A stretch of 63,736 nt of DNA, filler included, from Octopus bimaculoides (lineage: Eukaryota): assembly GCF_001194135.2 (NCBI RefSeq). It is 4 parts of 4 records of this genome, joined end to end, with 100 filler letters (N's around TTAATTAATTAA, not from the genome) between each part and the next. Parts side by side here need not be neighbours in the genome. Positions count along the whole stretch, not along the records: positions 1 to 17,884 come from NC_069002.1; 3 more parts are not named here. The stretch is one strand, 5' to 3'. Each line of letters starts with the position of its first letter. Within the stretch, counting starts at the first letter, position 1. The translations under genes and the position numbers were made by a program. The notes below the pieces were generated by a model. The model had not been told where the DNA came from and ran no database searches. It worked only from the letters and a program-made list of their open reading frames with translations. Shown in pieces: positions 1-12,130 of this stretch.

Positions 1-65
<65 letters not shown>

Positions 66-249
66 GTATGTATACACACACACATATTTATATATGTGTG
101 TGTGCGTGTCTAGGCATACATACTTCGTCTCTGGTGACGGGTATAAGCCTCTATCACTTGCGTGCTATTTTTTTTATATATGTACATACACACATATAAT
201 ACCCGTTATTGATTCTTTGAAAGAAGGTTTGCTAGGTTTATGTGCCTTA

Positions 250-330
250 TCGTACTTATTTTATCGATCCCGAAAGTCGATCCCAAAGTCAGCTTCAACA
301 GAATTTAAACTTTGAACTTAGAACTTCATG
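250..330 (-). mobile_element. SINE family A fragment
   Basis: gtacttattttatcgatcccgaaag...aaagtc...gaatttaaact. Confidence 0.55.
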
Positions 331-733
331 AGTCGGAAGAGCTACTGCTAACCGTTTTCCTCGTTGCTCAAACGTTTCTATTAGCTTGCTTCCTGCATTG
401 GACAAGAACAATAAACAACTTCAAAAATTTATTTTCGTTTCTAGAAAAAACAGAATGTAATAATGTAATAATTGTATTCTGGTCATCCATACATGTAGCG
501 CTGTGTTGTTTTGCGTACCCTGTACTTCTTCGAGGTTTGAAGGAATCGATATCCTCCAACTGGGAGAGAGTCTGGGGAAAGAAGCGGAAAGGGAAATCAT
601 TTTAATATAGATTTACATGGAGGTAATTATAAATTCCATTCTGCTTGATTCTGCCAATTTTCTTCACATATTTTTCCTAAGTCTTCATATTTTCTCCAAT
701 CAAATTATACTTATATATATAGGTATCTGTATT

Positions 734-788
<55 letters not shown>

Positions 789-1639
789 NNNNNNNNNNNN
801 NNNNNNNNNNNNNNNNNNNNNNNNNNNNNNNNNNNNNNNNNNNNNNNNNNNNNNNNNNNNNNNNNNNNNNNNNNNNNNNNNNNNNNNNNNNNNNNNNNNN
901 NNNNNNNNNNNNNNNNNNNNNNNNNNNNNNNNNNNNNNNNNNNNNNNNNNNNNNNNNNNNNNNNNNNNNNNNNNNNNNNNNNNNNNNNNNNNNNNNNNNN
1001 NNNNNNNNNNNNNNNNNNNNNNNNNNNNNNNNNNNNNNNNNNNNNNNNNNNNNNNNNNNNNNNNNNNNNNNNNNNNNNNNNNNNNNNNNNNNNNNNNNNN
1101 NNNNNNNNNNNNNNNNNNNNNNNNNNNNNNNNNNNNNNNNNNNNNNNNNNNNNNNNNNNNNNNNNNNNNNNNNNNNNNNNNNNNNNNNNNNNNNNNNNNN
1201 NNNNNNNNNNNNNNNNNNNNNNNNNNNNNNNNNNNNNNNNNNNNNNNNNNNNNNNNNNNNNNNNNNNNNNNNNNNNNNNNNNNNNNNNNNNNNNNNNNNN
1301 NNNNNNNNNNNNNNNNNNNNNNNNNNNNNNNNNNNNNNNNNNNNNNNNNNNNNNNNNNNNNNNNNNNNATGTATGTATTCGCTGATTTCTTCCAAGGAAT
1401 CTAATGCTCTTAGATTAGTTTTACCTTGGGGCCGGCCAGATTGGAGCAATCTCAAGTATAACCAGCCGAAATTGCAAAGATAATCTGGAACTCGACTGAA
1501 GAAAGAAAACTTCGAATGACCCGTTGTTGTTTTCTTTGTATCGTCTATCTAGATGTTTTGTTGTCCCTTTTTTGTATCACCTAACTGTCTGGATGTTTTG
1601 CGTTCTTGTCCCATTTTGTATTATACTAAAAAATCCTAG

Positions 1640-1800
1640 GACGATTGAAGAGTGACGACGTGTGCAGACCTTCCAATTGGAAGCGCTGAGCAAGTTACAA
1701 CTTTCGACAGTCACCTCTATGCTTCAAACCATGCAGTTCTGCAACGGGACTGAATAGTCATCTGAAAGGCCACGGATGGAAAGTCAGAAATGCCATTAAC
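1640..1800 (+). mobile_element. Second RTE-type zinc-finger tail remnant
   Basis: SPLCFKPCSSATGLNSHLKGH, same pattern as the 33.4-kb copy. Confidence 0.55.
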
Positions 1801-2104
1801 AACAACGAAGCGTAAGGAGACAGCAATCATCAGTGAAGATGTAGCAATCGCTATGTATGTATCTGTATGTATGTGTCTGAGAGAGAGAGAGAAATATAGA
1901 GAAATATTAAAGTTCTTGTATGCTAGGGAATGTTATATCCCATCTGCTAATATTGTTTGTTATTGTTGTTGTTACCATTGTTGTTGTTGTTGCTAGAGGT
2001 GGTGGCTGATGTTGTGGTAAAGATGTGGCGTATCAGAGGAGAAAATATTGGTTGTCAGCAGAGTTTTATGGGTTGGGTTGAAGAACATATAACTACGCAA
2101 ACTT

Positions 2105-2735
2105 TATGATGATGATGATGATGATGATGGCGACGACGAAAATAAAATTAAGTTCAATAGTAATGATGACGACAGCAGTGATGATGATGATGATGATGAT
2201 GATGAAGTGAAGGGGGAGGAGGCGGGAATGTATTGGTGGTAAAAATGGGAGTGTCGTTGTTGTTGGTGGTGTTGATGATGATGATGATGACGACGACGAT
2301 GACGATGACGACGAGGACGACGTTGATGATGATAGTAATGATGATGATGACTATTGGTGGTGACGTGACAAGACTCTTAGTAAGTACTAACCTGTTTACT
2401 GTCAGGTTAACGACCTACCAAACGTCACTGTCTGTTAGAACATCACGTATATTTGTTGTTGTTGTCATCATTGTTGTTGTTGTTCTTGTCGTTGTTGCTC
2501 TTTTTGTTGTTGTTAGCCTCGATGTTGTTTCTGTCGTGTTTGCTGCAGCTGTCGTTTTCGTTGTTATTGTTTTGGTGGTTATTTGTGTTGTATACTGACT
2601 GTCGTTGAGATTGTTCTTCTTCTTCTTCTTGTTGCTGCTGCCTGAGTTTTTGTGTTATTGTTCTTGTTATTTTCTGTTATTGTTGTTGTCATCATCCTCG
2701 TCCTCGTTGTTGTTGTTGTTGTTGTTGTTGTTATT
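2105..2735. repeat. Degenerate (GAT)n/(GAC)n and (GTT)n trinucleotide tracts
   Basis: Direct inspection. Confidence 0.9.
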
Positions 2736-2750
2736 ACTGAGGCTGCTGAA

Positions 2751-3710
2751 GGCGGCGAGCTGGCAGAATCGTTAGCGTGTCCGACAAAAATGCTTAGCGG
2801 CATTCGTTCTGCATCGTTACACTCTGAGTTTAAATTCTGCCGAGTTAGATAGACTTTACCTTTCACCCTTTCAGAATCGATAAAATAAGTACCAGTCAAG
2901 CACTGGGGTCGATGTATCAACTTCTTCCCTCCTCTGAAATTTGTGATCCTGTGCCAGAAATTAGAGAGAATTATTGCTGTTGTTGTTAAGGCAATTGTCT
3001 GTAGTGAATAAAACAGTCGTGTGTTGAAAGATATTTGACCTTCTAATCCGTTCATCTTCGAGCTCAAAAGAGTTGGTAGAGCATCGGACAAAATAATTAG
3101 CGATGTTTCTTCCGTCATTGCGTTCTTAAGGCAGCGGGATAGCAGAATCGTTACCGTGCCGGACAAAATGCTAAGCAGCATTTCTTCCGTCATTGCGTTC
3201 TGAGGTCGACTTTGCCTTTCGTACCTTCAGGGTCGATAGATTTAGTACCAGTGATACACTGGGGTCGATGTAATCGGCTAGTCCGCTCTCACCAAATTTC
3301 AGGCCCTGTGCCTATAGTAGAAAGGATATTTTTTCCGACTCTTAAGGCGGTGAGCTAGCAGAATCGTTACCGCGCCGGACAAAATGCTAAGCTGCATTTC
3401 TTGCGTGATTACGTTCTGAGTTCAAACTCCGTCGAGGTTGACTTTGCCTTTCTTTCTGGGTCGATAAAATAAGTACCAGTTGAGCATTGGGGTCGATGTA
3501 ATCAACTTACCCCTCCTCCGAACTTTCTGGCCTTGTGCCATGATTTGAAACCGATATTTCTTCCGACTCTGATTTCGTATCCCACCGAGGTCGACCTCAC
3601 TTTTCACTCTTCCGGGGTCGACAAAAAAAAAAATAAAAAATACCAGCTAAGCATTGGGTTTGATTTAATCGACTTGTTCCCTTCCTTCAAAAATTACTCT
3701 TTTGAAACAT
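2751..3710 (+). mobile_element. Head-to-tail cluster of 4-5 tRNA-derived SINEs (family A: 2751-2975, partial 3075-3125, 3128-3330, 3343-3558, partial 3570-3710)
   Basis: Head ggcggcgagctggcagaatcgttag (A box), ctgagttcaaa.tcc (B box), core gtcgactttgcctttc...gggtcgataaaataagtaccag (resembles the MetaSINE central domain from memory; not verified). Confidence 0.88.
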
Positions 3711-4187
3711 GGAACAAACCGGCGTTCCGGTCAGGGAGAATTTTGGTAACCGGCCGTGTGAGTCCTAGAGGGTAAAAAAATATATGATAGTATATGAGAA
3801 ACATATGGTCAAGTGTTACATTCCCATTTTAAGACGGTTGGCTGTAATATAAGGGACATATGACTGCAATATCTAACAGTTACTGAAATTACTTAAAACG
3901 TTATTTTGCAGTAAACATACCCTGGGTTACACGGGAGAAGAAACGCTTAATCAAATATTCATTATAGATTCTTTAAAATTAAGTATCTAAGAGCATTGAT
4001 GGTACCTTGACATCTGAAGTCTATTTTGGAGTCGGTCGGATAAAAAAATATATAAATGAAAAATAAATTATTACTAGCTTCTTTTTGAAGTTTAAATATA
4101 GAATAAAAAAAAAGGAAAAACCAAATTAATAAAAGAGTAAAAGAGTAAGACTTCCTTTTGGCTATTTATAAATTATATATATATGTG

Positions 4188-4218
<31 letters not shown>

Positions 4219-4629
4219 NNNNNNNNNNNNNNNNNNNNNNNNNNNNNNNNNNNNNNNNNNNNNNNNNNNNNNNNNNNNNNNNNNNNNNNNNNNNNNNNNN
4301 NNNNNNNNNNNNNNNNNNNNNNNNNNNNNNNNNNNNNNNNNNNNNNNNNNNNNNNNNNNNNNNNNNNNNNNNNNNNNNNNNNNNNNNNNNNNNNNNNNNN
4401 NNNNNNNNNNNNNNNNNNNNNNNNNNNNNNNNNNNNNNNNNNNNNNNNNNNNNNNNNNNNNNNNNNNNNNNNNNNNNNNNNNNNNNNNNNNNNNNNNNNN
4501 NNNNNNNNNNNNNNNNNNNNNNNNNNNNNNNNNNNNNNNNNNNNNNNNNNNNNNNNNNNNNNNNNNNNNNNNNNNNNNNNNCACATCTATATACACACAC
4601 ACATATATATGTATACATATATATATTCT

Positions 4630-4667
<38 letters not shown>

Positions 4668-5439
4668 CACATCTATATACACACACACATATATATGTAT
4701 ACATATATATATTCTTATATATATATATGTATATATGCATACATGCATATATATTTATATACATATGATATTATTTAATGTGTATGTTTGTGTATTTACA
4801 TACATACACTTATACACACACAAAAACACAAATGATGTTTTTTTCTGTAGATGAAAGAAAAAGTACGCACTATATGAGCTAGAGTATATATATATATCAA
4901 TATATTATATATCTATCTATCTATCTATCTATCTGTATATATATATAATTATAAGATCTGGTAATTAGTCATATATTAATATATTAATTAATATCGATTA
5001 ATTATCAGGGGGCCAGCACATTTAAAGAATCAAAGAGATTCAGAAATATTATCTGCAATCTCAGGGGATTAAGGTACATTTTAAAAAATAACGTCGACCA
5101 CTAACGTGGACAATTAATGCGCTAGAAATAGATCACATCTTGTGTCTATTAAGACCTAAAAAGTTACACACTCATACACACACACACTCATACACACACA
5201 CACACAAACACACACATAGTTTTCGAAAGGAAAGAGGCTGCTCTTTCTCAGGAATGTATTTCATCCAAGCGTACACCGGTTTAGCTCTATATCGGTTAAT
5301 TTCTCTGGAATTTGTTAATTTGCGGTGTTAGTATTGGTGTTTATTGATGGTACTTCTTCGACATCAGTACTTTACAGTTATGAAGTACAGTTGTCGCTGT
5401 AGATGTTTCCATCTATCCGATGTAGGATAGATATACATG

Positions 5440-5496
<57 letters not shown>

Positions 5497-5585
5497 GAGA
5501 GTATACGAAAAAACAACAACAGACGAGGACAGGTGGTGTAAATAACAAAAGGATGTATTAGTATGACGCTCGGGAATACGGAAAG

Positions 5586-5622
5586 TCTTTGACGTTTCGA
5601 GCTACGCTCTTCAACAGAAAGA
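5586..5622 (-). ncRNA. Minimal hammerhead motif with core mutation (CUGUUGA)
   Basis: Minus strand TCTTT-CTGTTGA-A-GAGC GTA GCTC-GAAAC GTC-AAAGA. Confidence 0.55.
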
Positions 5623-7093
5623 ATACGGAGACAAGGAGAAAAACACGGAGACAAGGAGAAAAACACGGAGAAAAAAAATTGAATAGTGTTCAGTCAACGA
5701 CGACTCCGCACGACGACACCAGTCTACAGACTGATGCCTGAGGGTTGAATCAAGTGGCTTCTAGCGGTGGAAGCGCGAACTACAATAGAGTTGTCCCACA
5801 GAGAACGTTTCCGGTTACATTTGGGTACCCCCTCGTATATATTTGGGTGTTTATTGAGGAAGTCATCCAGTATGATTGTTATCAAAATATTTAAGCAAAC
5901 TGTATTTGTTAAAACCTTTCATTTTATGATCTTCAATCAGTTTTATTATCTCGAGCGAGCGCAAAGAGTAACGACGATCATGGACCTGTTTCTCTCGTGA
6001 AAACTCTTAGAAACCAAAACCAAACAATATTGCGATTTTTCAAATTTATTTACACGGTTTTCACTCTTTATTTACACTACTTGGTATTGAATTAACGTGG
6101 CTGTAGGCAATTATTAATAGAACCGTCTTCAAGATGATTGAAATAAAGAATTCTAAAGCATTGTGTACACAAGTATAACTAAAAATTATTCCAGTGTTAC
6201 GATGAGTTGCTCAAAACGAACCATTGCTACGTTTCATTCACAAATTTCAATATTGCTATTGTGTAAGGTATTTTTTGTAAAAGAATATCAGCTCCTATAC
6301 TGAAAAAAAAAATCAACATTTACTAATGGGAGTAGCAAAATTTAGCCAGCATTGAAAATTTGTTTAGCAATGTTCGTGAAAAGAATGCTTCAATTAATGG
6401 AGGCATATGCATCAAAATGCAGAAGAGTTTGGAAAAGAAATGAGAAAAAAAAAATTTCACACTAACTGAGAAATAGTGTAGAATGATGAAAAAGACGAGA
6501 GAATATTATGAACAACGCATTCATAGTGAGAAGAATTGTGTAGAAACGCGCTCATAGCGAGAAAAATTGTGTGTAAAAAACGCGTTTATGGCGAGAAAAA
6601 TTGCATAAAAAGGTGTTTAAGTCAAGAAAAATACGTTATCAACTGATGTGTGGATGAAGAGAAAATGACGCAAAATTGTTGGAGAATATTTTCTTAAAAT
6701 TATTTACGCCCCAATAAAACGAGAACTTAATTTTTTTTGCAATACTCGAGTATATTTAAATATTCTGAAATGAAGTAACTGAAAGTTGCTTCTTGCGTTA
6801 ATAATAAAAAGATTGAAACGAGAACTAGTACTGATTAGAAAATGCATTCTTGATGGTTAATTTATTCATTAATGTTCTAGAGCATACTCGTGGATGGTTT
6901 ACGACAACAAATAACAACGAAACAATATCCCACCTTAATATACTTTACGATGTCGTGCAGCTACTGTTTATACCTCGTTCAGAGATTTATTATTGCTTGT
7001 TTACACTTTTTCAAGATCAGTGAATTTTCGTCACTGGAAAAAGGATATATGTATTTGCATTGGGACCCCTTCGCATCGAAGATTGGTGATTGT

Positions 7094-7138
7094 CGTGCGC
7101 TGACGAAGGGTAAATACCCAGAAACCCGGGTCCGTGCG
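7094..7138 (+). ncRNA. Minimal type I hammerhead ribozyme motif (predicted GUC cleavage at 7132/7133)
   Basis: CTGACGA 7100-06; stem II GGGT/ACCC; GAAA 7121-24; palindromic stem/loop III ACCCGGGT; 6-bp stem I CGTGCG/CGTGCG (2 G-U). Confidence 0.72.
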
Positions 7139-7523
7139 TATCACGTCAGCCTTCCCGAGACAGTACTTCTTGATACCTCAAACATTTCGGCTGTTTTCGT
7201 TATTCTAGCGCCTGCCATACGAGCACCAACAATTTGACCTCTTTGACAGTCCGACAGATCTGTCATTTTAATGAATTTTAATTACCTTTTTCTGACGATA
7301 TCTGAAAAGAAAGAGCACTTTCANNNNNNNNNNNNNNNNNNNNNNNNNNNNNNNNNNNNNNNNNNNNNNNNNNNNNNNNNNNNNNNNNNNNNNNNNNNNN
7401 NNNNNNNNNNNNNNNNNNNNNNNNNNNNNNNNNNNNNNNNNNNNNNNNNNNNNNNNNNNNNNNNNNNNNNNNNNNNNNNNNNNNNNNNNNNNNNNNNNNN
7501 NNNNNNNNNNNNNNNNNNNNNNN

Positions 7524-7567
<44 letters not shown>

Positions 7568-7880
7568 CATATGCATACACATATATAGAGAGAGATACAC
7601 ATACACATATACATACATACACATAATTACCCAGATATTTTGATAGATACACATACACGTTCATATATAAAAGCTGTTATATGAGTTTGTATGAGTTTCT
7701 CTCTCACTCTCTCTCTCTCTCTCTCTCTCTCTGCCTCTCCTTCTCTGTCTGTCTATTTCTCTCACTCACTTCTCTCTCCCTCTCCCCCCCCATTCTCCCA
7801 CCCTTTCCCTCTCATCTCGTCTTTGTCTTAATATGTATCTGTGTACAACTGATACGAAACACAGGCGCCTATTAAGAGCT

Positions 7881-8093
7881 TAATCCGAGTTGAGTAGAGT
7901 CACATAAGAAGTGTTATGTTGCGAGGAGCTCCAAGCAGGATTACAAGTGCATTTAGTGTTCATAATAACAGTGTTTGTCAAATAAAAAAGCCTGCATAAT
8001 CCATTGCTTAAACTAACTATACCAATAGAATTGAGCGGCGAGCAAATTACAGTATGATTAAAACTATTTAGATTAGAGTGGATTAGTTAATCC
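7881..8093. promoter_or_regulatory. Candidate enhancer: five TAATCC/GGATTA K50-homeodomain sites plus CAAGTG
   Basis: Sites at 7881, 7938, 7997, 8080, 8088; CAAGTG at 7944. Confidence 0.55.
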
Positions 8094-8155
8094 GTTATAT
8101 GCGTGAGTACAGTGTTTCCGAGTGTGAAGAATATTTGTAATGTGCCTGCGTGTAT

Positions 8156-8232
<77 letters not shown>

Positions 8233-9459
8233 NNNNNNNNNNNNNNNNNNNNNNNNNNNNNNNNNNNNNNNNNNNNNNNNNNNNNNNNNNNNNNNNNNNN
8301 NNNNNNNNNNNNNNNNNNNNNNNNNNNNNNNNNNNNNNNNNNNNNNNNNNNNNNNNNNNNNNNNNNNNNNNNNNNNNNNNNNNNNNNNNNNNNNNNNNNN
8401 NNNNNNNNNNNNNNNNNNNNNNNNNNNNNNNNNNNNNNNNNNNNNNNNNNNNNNNNNNNNNNNNNNNNNNNNNNNNNNNNNNNNNNNNNNNNNNNNNNNA
8501 TATATATATATATATATATATACATACACATGTATGCATACACAAACACATATTTATAGTAAGATAGACATAAAAATGCAAAGAAGAAAGGTAAATATTT
8601 CTCAGATGAGAAATTATTAATATTTTCATTTTTAATATCTAACATACTCAGCTTGTTGCTTGTTGTGTCATTAATGTACCCCTTGTTTACTCCCTTGAAT
8701 GAAGGTCGTATTTTCAAGTCTCGGGAACTTAAAGCAAACTTCTTACACTACCAAGAAACGCTGTTTTCTACATATTTTATTTTTATTCCTATTATTTCCA
8801 GTTAATTAAAAAGTCGTTTTTACTCACAATAACTAAGGCGCCAAAAATTCTTGGAGGATTATACTCTTTTATCATTGACCAGTGGATTTTGGTTTTTTTC
8901 CCTCTAAGTTTCGCATCACGTCAGTTTATTTTTCTCCTTTTTCGTTGATTCTACTGTCACCAAACAAATATCTAATTTGATAATCTTCAAGTTTAAAAAA
9001 TATGTCTAACATTTGTAACTTGCATTAAAAGGAAAAAATCGTACCCTCTTTTCTCTCCTTTATTGTACTTTTCACAATGAAGAAAAAGTCAAACACAGCA
9101 AGTGAACGTGTGAAAAAAGAAATTTGAATTTTGAGGTGTATCTATATAGCAACATTTTTATTTAAACTTTCTCTGTTAACTTATCAAATCCAATTACATG
9201 AAAGGGTTGCGTTTTGAGATTTAAATTTGGTAATTTTCTAAGATTTTAATTCTTGTGCATAAGAGGCCGACCGACCTTGAAGTTCCCTGGACCGCGCTAC
9301 CAATGGTTTAAATCCGGTCCTGCTCATATAGTTGGTTACCTGGTTTCCATGATTTATAAATGACAGAAATAACAAGCAATCCCACCGAACAGGGCGCTCG
9401 TCCACTGCAGGGTTCAACGCTAGCAAACTCAGAGGGGACGGGAGAAGTCGATAACTGTA

Positions 9460-9602
9460 GTACTTGACCGGTAATTTATTTTAATTGACACCTAAGGAAT
9501 AAAAGACAAAGTTGACCTTAGCTGGATTTGAACTCAGGACGTAAAGAGCTGGAAGAAATGTCGCTACACATTTTTTTCCGACCTGCTAACGATTCTGTCA
9601 AT
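9460..9602 (-). mobile_element. SINE family A copy
   Basis: caaagttgacc...ggatttgaactcagg...ctgctaacgattctg. Confidence 0.7.
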
Positions 9603-10109
9603 CCACTGGTTTCTATTAAATTTCTGGTTAATCCTTTTTCTTCCAGCATCTCTCTTCTGATGCCGGTGTCTTTTGCTGATGTCTTTCTGTTCCTAGTTGA
9701 GAGTGATTACCCTGTATTTAAATATTCTTTTTTTTCAACTGTCTCCAAACATTGTTTTTATTTTATCTTTAAGTTTTTGCTGGTAGCAAATTTATTTATT
9801 TAAACAAAAATGAGCCAAGAGAAAAAAAATACAAAAAACAAAAAAATCAGCAACTGAGAGTGGTCAGCTAAATGCATTTAAACAACGCAGTCAAGCGATG
9901 TTGGTATTATTTTCGTGTCCAAAGATCCTGAGAAATCTTAATGTGGCTGTGGAAATCGATCCTTGACACTGATTTGCTTTTCTTCCTACCTGCACCGAAT
10001 ATCACGCCATTGAATTCGAGCCCATCTCTTTAGACTTCGAGATCTGAATACAAAAGTAAATTAAAGGTTAATTTCTCGCGTCAAGCCGATTCATAAGGGG
10101 CCGATTTTT

Positions 10110-10437
10110 TAAGGCGGCGAGTTGGCAGAAACGTTAGCGCGTGGGGCGAAATGCTTAGTGGTACTTCGTTTGTCTTTACATTCTGAGTTCAAATTCCGCC
10201 GAGGGCGACTTTACCTTTCATCCCTCGGGGTCGTTAAAATAAATACCAGTTGAGTAAAATTTCAGGCCTTGTATCTATAGTAGAAAGGATAATGTAATAT
10301 AACCACTCAAGTACTTGATTGGTACTTTACTTTAATGACCTCGAATGAATGAAAAGCAAAGTTGACTTCGGTGGGAATTGAACTCGGGTCGTAAAACGCC
10401 GGAAGAAATGCCGCTAGCCATTCTAGCCACTCGTCAT
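10110..10437. mobile_element. Two convergent SINE family A copies (+10110-10293, -10302-10437)
   Basis: Full head and core on +; reverse-complement core on -. Confidence 0.8.
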
Positions 10438-10780
10438 CTAGATTTCTTCTACGGCTACAGCTAAAAATATTTTGTTTACTTCTCTTTGATGTTTCGATTC
10501 GGTTCTTCAATAGCAGATTTAGTGTTGCCGTTTCCAGCCACGTTCTTTTTGTAATACATTCCTGCATGGCAGATTTACGATTCAGATATATATATATATA
10601 ACAACGATTTCGAATAAATGGTCACTTTAGTGAATAGAATCAGAAGAATAACTGGATATTTCACGTGACATTGATGTTTGAGAAGTTATTCAGCTTATAT
10701 TCAAAGAATCGCCTCCTCACCAAATAAATACATAACTGCTTTTTTAGTAACTATGTGTGTGTGTGTGTGTGTGTGTGTGT

Positions 10781-10940
10781 TCTCTTCTGTTTTTAGTTAT
10801 CTAAATTCTTCCTTTAAGGAAAGAGCTGATTTCTAACAAAGATACAAAGCTCCATCATTGGAATGTAGATAGCGAAAGCAATGTCACATTTTAAACTTGA
10901 GAAAAGCCTTGCATATTTTTACCGTTCTACTTACAGATTG
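10781..10940 (-). mobile_element. Diverged 3'UTR copy of a related RLE element ending at (TG)n; a similar copy at 12160-12330
   Basis: ttctaacaaagatacaaagctccatcattggaatgtagat ~ 12224-12262 and ~ ttctaacctagatccgaggctcc (11100). Confidence 0.55.
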
Positions 10941-11034
10941 TGTTTGCAATGTGCGATTTCTTTTCTGAAAATTCAAACTTATTCAGAATGTTAGTTAGGC
11001 ATTTACTCACAAAATTAAGTGCACCAATTGTTAC

Positions 11035-11520
11035 TGGTATGTATGTATGTCATTATTCAGTTTTATTTCAAGATTTCTTGCCGATAGAGAAAGAGCCGGT
11101 TTCTAACCTAGATCCGAGGCTCCTTTATTAAAATTTCAACATCAACACCAGGGTAATTTTGAATGTATGTATGCATACTTGTAGATTTGTATGTTTTGTT
11201 TCATGTATGTCTTCTCATGCATATACCTGCATATCTAGATATACTCATATATACTTAAAGGATAAACTTTTGGAAAGTTTTACAGACTTTTACAGTTCCA
11301 CTGATGGCTTGAATCTGTTGTCTTCGAATCAGCTTTCTGGTTTCTGGTTTCGAGAAGCCTAATTTCTCAAGACTTGTATTTAGGCGGTGTGTTACATATT
11401 CCAGTGTCCCAATGATTACGGGTATAAATCTGAATTTGTAATCTGGATAGAGTACCTTCAGATTTCTCAATACTTCAGCGTAGGTATTCTCTTTGTCACT
11501 GATCTTCAGATTTTTGCATG
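11035..11520 (-). mobile_element. 5'-truncated RLE-type (R4/NeSL-like) non-LTR retrotransposon: endonuclease C-terminus + 3'UTR + (CATA)n
   Basis: KENTYAEVLRNLKVLYPDYKFRFIPVIIGTLEYV...LEKLGF...ISGTVKVCKTFQKFIL* (stop 11257-11255); 3' end ctgaataatgacatacatacat. Confidence 0.75.
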
Positions 11521-11610
11521 TATGCATGTATGTCATTGTTCAGTTTTATTTCAAGATTTCTTGCTAATAGAGAAACACCCGGTTTCTAACCTAGATTCAA
11601 GGCTTCTTTA
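11521..11610 (-). mobile_element. Second 3'-terminal copy of the same element, abutting the first
   Basis: Direct repeat of 11045-11125 (tgtcatt.ttcagttttatttcaagatttcttgc...ctaacctagat.c.aggct). Confidence 0.75.
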
Positions 11611-11914
11611 TGTATGTATGTATGTATGTATGTATGTATGTATGTATGTATGTATGTATGTACGTATGTAGCTATGTATGTGCCTTGGGAAGAAGGTTAC
11701 TTACAGATATCCCAGCAGACGAGGGTAGATTTTAACCCTTAGCTCTTCAGTTTCTCATCTAAGAGAAGGTAACTCTATACAATCCTGCATGCTGAAAACT
11801 ATGGAGCTTTTGGTAATTGTTGCACCAGACGAAGTTTGAAGGACGAGAGAGTGGGACTGGCTCTGCTCAAATATTTATGGAGCCCGGTCCTCAACAATTC
11901 ACCTTCTGAATTTG

Positions 11915-12130
11915 AAACACTTCTTGCAGATTTTTACTATTATACTCACAGATTGAATTTGTAATGAGCAAATTTGCTGATTGATTTTTTTGCTGGAATC
12001 ACTAGCTTATCCAGATTGTCATTCAGAAATTTACTCACAAAATCAAATGTACCGATAATTGTCGGTATAAGTGTGAATTTATAATCTGGATATAGGAAGT
12101 GAAGGGTTTGAAGCTGTTGTCCATAGTTGT
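11915..12130 (-). mobile_element. Diverged RLE C-terminal copy
   Basis: LHFLYPDYKFTLIPTIIGTFDFVSKFLNDNLDKL. Confidence 0.65.

Noticed and set aside
1495-1525. CTGAAGA...CGAA hammerhead-like string; similar strings at 10485-10520, 19370-19410 and 51300-51345
   Set aside because: Each lacks at least one essential element (GAAA, stem II or stem I pairing).
9270-9440. tRNA-like GGTTTAAATCC segment
   Set aside because: No cloverleaf; probably an old SINE remnant. No true tRNA or rRNA gene was seen in the window.
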